Source: Eledone cirrhosa (Eukaryota). From it: a stretch of DNA of 64,000 nt. Where the stretch lies: positions 315,704,001 to 315,768,000 of the forward strand of contig OZ024742.1 of the NCBI GenBank assembly GCA_964016885.1, in the 5' to 3' direction. Under the pieces are notes generated by a model. The model was not told the DNA's origin. It did no database searches and saw only the letters and a list, made by a program, of their open reading frames with translations. Positions 57,755 through 64,000 of this stretch are shown here, one piece after another (the stretch's first letter is position 1; the number at the start of each line of letters is the position of its first letter). The position numbers and the translations under genes were made by a program.

Positions 57755-57933
57755 ATTGGCAGTATCGGTAGAGGGTCGGACGCCATGCTTTCCAGCATAG
57801 TTACGTCCCTTTATGATCTGAGTTCAAATCCCGCCGAGGTTGACTTTGCCTTTCATCCTTACGGGGTCGATAAAATAAAGTACCAGTAATGCACTGGGTG
57901 ATTGCTGGCCTTGTGCCTAAAGTAGAAACAATT
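57755..57933 (+). mobile_element. SINE B
   Basis: Core motif present. ATTATCTACCG is duplicated on both sides. Confidence 0.85.
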
Positions 57934-58080
57934 ATCTACCGACCTAGCTACCTATGTGCCTACCTACCACCTTATTAAACGCCCAGTCTATGTCTCTGTA
58001 TCCCTCTTCCCTTTTCTCTCTCTCATTCTCTATCTACCTATCTACCTGCATACTTACGTCTATCTATCTATCTATCTATC

Positions 58081-58318
58081 TAGATTGAGGAAAAGGAGGA
58101 GGAGAGGAAAGGAGTACAAGCTCTTCGTACTCCTGGAGATGAGGGTTGCACATTTTTTCGGGGGTATGTGTTACCCATATAAACTGTCTCCCTCTATTGG
58201 GGAAAATCGACTAACTTTTAAATTCCATCTGTGATAACATTTTACACGTTTTTATTGTATGTAAACTTCCCCCTTTGTATTTGTCCCCTTCTTTTGTGCC
58301 CCTGTGGCTAATAAAGAA

Positions 58319-58319
<1 letters not shown>
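58081..58319 (+). mobile_element. Tx1-type 3' UTR fragment in (TATC)n
   Basis: Similar to 51781-52015. Confidence 0.8.
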
Positions 58320-58396
<77 letters not shown>

Positions 58397-58479
58397 ATAA
58401 TCTAGCTGTCGTCTGTTCTACAGTGTGGATGTCATTCACTTCGCACAGAAGTTTTGTTCAAATTTATTGAGGAAATTTT

Positions 58480-60519
58480 ATGAGTTCAAACTTAATTTTG
58501 ATACAATTGTGTAGCTTGACCCTCCGTCTGAACTGTCAGGCGGTGGGTCAGCTCATCTTTACCCCTCCTAGAGGTGAAAAACCTGTTTTAAAAAAATTTT
58601 GTGTAAAAAATTTCAATCGTCTAACAGAAATGTTAAACGCAGCGAACGAAAATAGTGGTGGGGGAACAGCGGTAAGAGTTGTAAGCTCGCACGCTTTAGT
58701 CCTCCCTTCCTTCCCAACTAACGTCATAGAGAAGGAAGGAAAAATTATAATAAAAACAGACGAATCTGCGGAGAAAAAATTAAATGACGAAAACACAAAT
58801 CTGGACTTGGATTCCAACAACGAAAAAAAAAAATTTGAAAAATTGCATGACAATACTAATAACACAAACAAAGACACAACAAACACAAAAATAACAGTTG
58901 AAAATAACACCATATCAGAAAACAAAGCAGACGACAAGATTTCATTTGCACAGAAAACAAAAAAATCTTTGACTTATATAGCGGAAAACATTTCAGATGT
59001 GGTACGAAGGATCACGGACGCCAAACAATACATAAGTGAAGGAGAGAATGGTATTTTATCGGTAAAAATGCCTCAAGAATTCACGAAAGACATTGAAAGC
59101 CGAACGGTCAAGTTTCGGACCATCAACAACAGTACAAAAAAACCTGAACAGCCTTCTCAAGCAGATATCAAAACAGTACTCACAGAAGTACTTAATGAAA
59201 CCACTTTCATAAGAAAAGACAGACTGTATGGAAGCCTAGCAATTATCATGAAGAACGAATCGGCGGCAAAAAAATGTGCTTTGTCACCGATTCGTTCGAA
59301 AAATTTCACCTTTTATCCATCTTATATGGGGAAAAGAACTCAACGCATATGGCTGGATGCAATGATGCCAGATGTGGACTACTGCTGGCTCATAGCTGGC
59401 TTCATCGATCCAGTGAATGACAACGTGATTTCCATTGGGAAAACCACAGGCAATGCGTTCAGTGGAACAGGTATAGAGCTGGTAGTACAAATGAAGCCTG
59501 AACGCATCGCCCAAATACCCGACAGAATCCTATTAGAGGACCACGGGTATATAAACATTAGCGTGGAGGGGAGAAGGCCGTCCTGCCATATCTGTGCAGG
59601 CAGAGGGCACCTGAAGGCCGCTTGTCCCCAACTCAACAAAAAGAAAACCCTGCTACCAACACCAGCTCCACCACAACAGATAAACAAACAACAAAACTCA
59701 GTCCCACCCAACCCGTCCCCCAGTAAAACCACAACACCACCACAACACAAACAGTCACAACACATTACCCCAAAACAAAATACAGGCCCACCCAACCTCT
59801 CACTCAATAAAACAACACAACCACCGCAGACACAACACACAACACAGTCTAACATAGTGACATCCATCTCCCCCACAAAGAAAACCAACACGGAAACATT
59901 ACCAGCAAACATACCTCTTCCCTCCAACACTGAAGATAACCCAACGAATTCGGAGGAAGAAACGGAGTCCTTCAGACAGATTAAAAGGAAAAAAAGAAAA
60001 CATGTGCAAAACACACAAGGACAAACAACCCCCACCCAAATCTCAACACAATCCAACAAAACAGAAAACACCCCTCCAGCAACAAACAAAACCAAACCTG
60101 CCTATCCCCTCTTCGAAACACTCACACCATCGGAAAAAAAGACATTACACTATACTTACATCAACAGAAACAATAATAAATTAAATGAGCTCATATACAA
60201 TAATCCTTCGGTACAAACCGAAGGTGTAAACTTTGTTTCGTCAGAAAACTACCCACATTTAAAACTAATAAAGATCCCAATGAACCTCTACCAAAAACTA
60301 AAAAAGGATTTTAAGGAGGACGTAGGACCACCCTCTGTCAAACCCATAAACCGCGTCCTACTAAAAAGCTTTCCCCCCCTTCCCCTCCCCAACACAACTC
60401 CAAACACCTCAACCCCACCACACACTGACGACCCCACACCACCACAAGACACCCCTTCACCCAACACCCCCGACCCCATGGAAGTCGTGCAACCCGAACC
60501 CCGGGAAGCGGAAAGGTAG
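58480..60519 (+). CDS. LINE ORF1, gag-like nucleic-acid-binding protein with a CCHC zinc knuckle
   Basis: 679 aa. Contains EGRRPSCHICAGRGHLKAAC and a Pro/Thr/Gln-rich tail with KRKKRK. The true start may be the ATG near 58630. Confidence 0.85.
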   Translation: MSSNLILIQLCSLTLRLNCQAVGQLIFTPPRGEKPVLKKFCVKNFNRLTEMLNAANENSGGGTAVRVVSSHALVLPSFPTNVIEKEGKIIIKTDESAEKKLNDENTNLDLDSNNEKKKFEKLHDNTNNTNKDTTNTKITVENNTISENKADDKISFAQKTKKSLTYIAENISDVVRRITDAKQYISEGENGILSVKMPQEFTKDIESRTVKFRTINNSTKKPEQPSQADIKTVLTEVLNETTFIRKDRLYGSLAIIMKNESAAKKCALSPIRSKNFTFYPSYMGKRTQRIWLDAMMPDVDYCWLIAGFIDPVNDNVISIGKTTGNAFSGTGIELVVQMKPERIAQIPDRILLEDHGYINISVEGRRPSCHICAGRGHLKAACPQLNKKKTLLPTPAPPQQINKQQNSVPPNPSPSKTTTPPQHKQSQHITPKQNTGPPNLSLNKTTQPPQTQHTTQSNIVTSISPTKKTNTETLPANIPLPSNTEDNPTNSEEETESFRQIKRKKRKHVQNTQGQTTPTQISTQSNKTENTPPATNKTKPAYPLFETLTPSEKKTLHYTYINRNNNKLNELIYNNPSVQTEGVNFVSSENYPHLKLIKIPMNLYQKLKKDFKEDVGPPSVKPINRVLLKSFPPLPLPNTTPNTSTPPHTDDPTPPQDTPSPNTPDPMEVVQPEPREAER

Positions 60520-60552
60520 GTCTCTACACTCTCCTTTGGCTCTGCCGCCCAC

Positions 60553-63500
60553 ATGGATGTGTTAAGAGTAGGATGTTTGAATGCACGTGGCCTGGGCTCA
60601 ACTTGGAAGCAAGCAAAGCTTCTAAATGACCTCAGGTCATGTAGTATAAATGTAATGGTTATCTGTGAGACTCGAATCAGCGTCGTGCGGCAGCTGGCCC
60701 CCACCTTCGATGACTTTGAAGTGCATGCATCTCTCTGTCAACCTGGAGGTGGGGGTGGGGTTGTCGTACTGCTGCAAAAACACCTGGGTCTTGCCATACA
60801 GGTTGTGCACTCGGACCCGGAGGGTCGTTTGTTGGTGCTAGACGTTGGCAGTAGTGAAAGTGCGGCCTTGAGACTGGTCGCCGTCTACTCCCCTTTCGGA
60901 GCTGAACGGCCCGACTTCTTCCAGCGTTTGGAGACTTTTCTGGGAACGTCGCGTTCCCTGCTTCTAGCGGGGGATTGGAATGACATCCTGGATGCACGTT
61001 GGGACTATGCAGGAGCATGTCCTAATAGAGGGGGGTGTAACAGCCTCAAGGGGTTACTCGACCGTTTTAACTTGGTCGATAGATATCGACTAGATTTTCC
61101 AACTGTGCCTACCTGGACTTGGAGACACCACAGTGGTCAATCTAGATCGTACTTAGATAGATTCTTAGTTAGAAGTAAGGATAGGGACATATTAAGCTGT
61201 CCAGAAATGCACACGGTTGGCTACACGGATCACAAATTAGTGACCTGCGTGGTCAATCTCGAGAAAACACATAGACAGGGTCCCGGTTACTGGAAACTTA
61301 ATTTGTCTTTACCGGCAAAAGAGACTTACAGAAACCGGATTAGCAGATTAGTTAAGGAGAGGTTGACGGGTGCAGTCGTCAACAACCGATGGTGGGCATC
61401 TCTCAAAAGAGAGATTAGAACAGAATCAATAAGTTATAGCAAGATGTTAGCTGCCGATAGGAATAGAAACGAGAAAGAATTAACAGGTAAATTAGAAGAG
61501 GCAATCAAGAGCGAAGATGTGGCCAGAGTGCTGGCATCGAGGACGGCCTTGAACCAGTTTTTCGATGCAAAGCACGAAGGCTGCGTCATTCGAAGTAAAA
61601 TACGTGCTCTAGGTAATGAGGGGGCCAAAGCCGTTGGATGGGCCCGCGTGACAGAAGCTAAGAGTGGAAATCGATCCACCATCCGATCGTTGCAAGACGA
61701 AGATGGACGGGTGATCCGGGAGCCTAAGCAGATGTGCGAGGCCTTTCAAAGGCACTTTGCCCGATTGTTCGGGGGAGGCGAGGGTCCGGGCGGGGGCGTG
61801 GATTTCGGTCCATACCTCGACGGCCTGCCGCGTCTCTCGAGCGAAGAGGCAGAGTCCTGCGAGGGACCAATCTCGGCTGATGAGATCGGAGATGCGCTGA
61901 GCCAATGCAGCAGACGCAAATCTCCAGGTCTCGATGGTATACCTTACGAACTTTATTTAGCAATGCCGGTCTTCTTCTCCGAACTCCTCGAAGCGGTCTA
62001 CTGCAATTGGCAGCAGAACGGGAGAATTCCTTGTTCTGTAGCCAAGGGCGTAGTCACGCTGGTGAGGAAGGACGAGAACAAGGGGGATAGTATAAATAAT
62101 TTTCGGCCCATAACCCTGCTAAACACAGAGTTAAAGATTTTGGCCAAGGTGTTAGCAAAGAGGTTGGCGCTTGTGGTGGGTGGCCTGGTGGGAGATGCGC
62201 AGGCATGTGCTATCCCATCCAGGTCCATTCACGATAACCTCCACCTCATGCGATACATCATAGAGAGGGTTGGCAACAAACCCGGCTTCGGTGGGGCCCT
62301 GATCAACTTGGATCAGTCTAAGGCCTTCGATAGGGTCGACCATGGTTACCTGGATGCGGTGCTAGCGGCGGCTGGGTTCGGTCCTGTTTTCAGAGGCTGG
62401 ATCACTGCCCTACATAGCAACCACATCTGTTCTAGGATCAAGGTGAACGGCTACCTTTCGAAGCCGTTCGAAATCACACGATCCATTCGACAGGGGTGCC
62501 CTCTCTCCTCCCTTCTGTACGTATTGACTCTCGAGCCTTTACTGAGGAAGTTGGAGTTGTTGCAGGGTATCCCCCTGGAACCAGGATTGAGCAAAGCGGT
62601 GTTGGCCTACGCCGATGACGTAACAGTAATGGTATCAACCGACTCGGAGATCGAGGCGATCGGTACCTTACTGGAGGAGTACGAAAGGTTGTCAGGAGCG
62701 AAACTGAACCGGGAAAAATCCATCGGGCTGCAACTCGGAACGTGGAGAGGCAGACCGATGCCTCCTGACGGTGTCGTCGGACACTGGACGGAGGGCCCGG
62801 TAAAGTTGCTTGGGGTCTGGTTTGGACCGGACCTCCAGGTGGAAAAGAACTGGAACGAGGTTACGAACAAGGTGTTTGCACTAACCCAGAAATGGGCCAA
62901 GTGTAAGCTGTCCCTAAAAGGCCGGGCGGAGGTGGCGAACATTTACATAGCGTCCGTCACTTACTACCGCCTGACTGTCGTGCCTTGCCCTAAGGAAACA
63001 CTCACCACCATGGAACGCATGCTCTTCCAATTTCTTTGGAAGAAGCGTCCTCGTATGGTGAGAAGATCCATCTGCTGCCAACAACCTTCGAAAGGAGGGC
63101 TGGGGATGCCGTGGTTGATGATGCGTAGGCACGCATTAAGGCTACGGCACCTACAGGTATTCCTCACTGGTCAACCGGTGTGGGCTCCGTTCGTGAAACG
63201 AGCCTTTCCGAGACTCGTCTCGCTCACCGAGCTACAGTCCTGGGTCAAGCAAAGATCCGGAAAACTGGGAGACTGGCACACTGAGTGTGCTCAGGCGCTC
63301 AGGGCTCTCTGGCAAGCGGGCCAGGCCATCGGTGGAGAATCCACCTCAGCATTCTATAGAGGGCTGGTGGCTAGCAGGGGCGATGACACCCTTGGAGAGT
63401 CGCTGGACATGGAAGAAGACGAACTGGCCAGCCTGTTCGGTAGGACTTTCGGCCCAGGACCAATGGACAACTTCCAGAAGTCACTGGCCTGGCAGTGCTA

Positions 63501-63990
63501 CCGGGGGGCTCTACCCGTTCGAGAGAGGCTCTACAGACACGGGCGCCCGGGCAGGGATCCCTCAAAAAAGATTTGCCCTAGATGCGTGCGTCACGAAGAA
63601 ACCGTTGCGCACGCATTGGTGCAATGTCCGGGCGTGGCTGATCTGTGGGGCTACGCCGAACAACTGCTGTCGCGGGTGGCGCCGATTAAATTGACCGCCG
63701 AGTCCGTGATGACAATCAAACCGCCTCCCCTCTTCACAAAGGAAGCAAAGGCGGTTTTTCTGTGCGTAATAGCCATGTTGAAAGAGGTTGTTTGGTGGAC
63801 ACGATTGAAAGGTCTGAGGTCAGGCAACTTCCTCTCTGGCCATAGTCTGGTCTACTTCTTCCGATATCACTTCGGAAGAAGGATAAGAATGGAGAGAGAG
63901 GTGCTTGGCCACAGGCAGTTTTATGAAAGGTGGGTGATAGTGGCGAGAATGGCTCGTGTAAATGGGCCTTCTCTGTATACCATCCTGTAG
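60553..63990 (+). CDS. LINE ORF2: APE endonuclease + reverse transcriptase + C-terminal CCHC
   Basis: 1145 aa. CLNARGL, ETR, GDWN, SYLDR, TDH; KSPGLDG, NFRPITLLN, LDQSKAFDRVDH, IRQGCPLS, YADD; CPRC...HALVQC. Confidence 0.95.
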   Translation: MDVLRVGCLNARGLGSTWKQAKLLNDLRSCSINVMVICETRISVVRQLAPTFDDFEVHASLCQPGGGGGVVVLLQKHLGLAIQVVHSDPEGRLLVLDVGSSESAALRLVAVYSPFGAERPDFFQRLETFLGTSRSLLLAGDWNDILDARWDYAGACPNRGGCNSLKGLLDRFNLVDRYRLDFPTVPTWTWRHHSGQSRSYLDRFLVRSKDRDILSCPEMHTVGYTDHKLVTCVVNLEKTHRQGPGYWKLNLSLPAKETYRNRISRLVKERLTGAVVNNRWWASLKREIRTESISYSKMLAADRNRNEKELTGKLEEAIKSEDVARVLASRTALNQFFDAKHEGCVIRSKIRALGNEGAKAVGWARVTEAKSGNRSTIRSLQDEDGRVIREPKQMCEAFQRHFARLFGGGEGPGGGVDFGPYLDGLPRLSSEEAESCEGPISADEIGDALSQCSRRKSPGLDGIPYELYLAMPVFFSELLEAVYCNWQQNGRIPCSVAKGVVTLVRKDENKGDSINNFRPITLLNTELKILAKVLAKRLALVVGGLVGDAQACAIPSRSIHDNLHLMRYIIERVGNKPGFGGALINLDQSKAFDRVDHGYLDAVLAAAGFGPVFRGWITALHSNHICSRIKVNGYLSKPFEITRSIRQGCPLSSLLYVLTLEPLLRKLELLQGIPLEPGLSKAVLAYADDVTVMVSTDSEIEAIGTLLEEYERLSGAKLNREKSIGLQLGTWRGRPMPPDGVVGHWTEGPVKLLGVWFGPDLQVEKNWNEVTNKVFALTQKWAKCKLSLKGRAEVANIYIASVTYYRLTVVPCPKETLTTMERMLFQFLWKKRPRMVRRSICCQQPSKGGLGMPWLMMRRHALRLRHLQVFLTGQPVWAPFVKRAFPRLVSLTELQSWVKQRSGKLGDWHTECAQALRALWQAGQAIGGESTSAFYRGLVASRGDDTLGESLDMEEDELASLFGRTFGPGPMDNFQKSLAWQCYRGALPVRERLYRHGRPGRDPSKKICPRCVRHEETVAHALVQCPGVADLWGYAEQLLSRVAPIKLTAESVMTIKPPPLFTKEAKAVFLCVIAMLKEVVWWTRLKGLRSGNFLSGHSLVYFFRYHFGRRIRMEREVLGHRQFYERWVIVARMARVNGPSLYTIL

Positions 63991-64000
63991 GTAAAGAAGT

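Larger units (their letters stand above)
58397..64000 (+). mobile_element. Apparently intact Tx1-type (L1 group) LINE; 3' UTR runs off the window
   Basis: Two long uninterrupted ORFs 33 nt apart, starting immediately after (TATC)n at 58319-58395. Confidence 0.93.

Overview
Eukaryotic, AT-rich, extremely repeat-dense window with no convincing host gene. The SINE and LINE repertoire and the microsatellite load suggest an octopod cephalopod (inference). Most of the ORF track is translated microsatellite. Real coding content is retrotransposon-derived: an intact two-ORF Tx1-type LINE (58.4-64 kb) plus five fragments sitting in (TATC)n arrays, a frameshifted near-complete R4/Dong-type element, a 5'-truncated open RTE ORF, CRE-type fragments, and Vingi/Ingi-like and other RTE 3' ends. 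There are also many tRNA-derived SINEs, a few MITEs, a Helitron-like element and a 200-N assembly gap. The most interesting signal is non-coding. Several unrelated short elements, embedded in (TA)n arrays, carry type I hammerhead ribozyme cores (CTGANGA...GAAA...NUH, often with a palindromic minimal stem III). They occur as partial tandems or asymmetric fold-backs, as expected for non-autonomous Penelope-like elements or retrozymes. One family is present five times as a palindrome folded back exactly at ribozyme stem II. All calls were made by eye, coordinates may be off by a few nt, and family names are motif-based rather than database hits.
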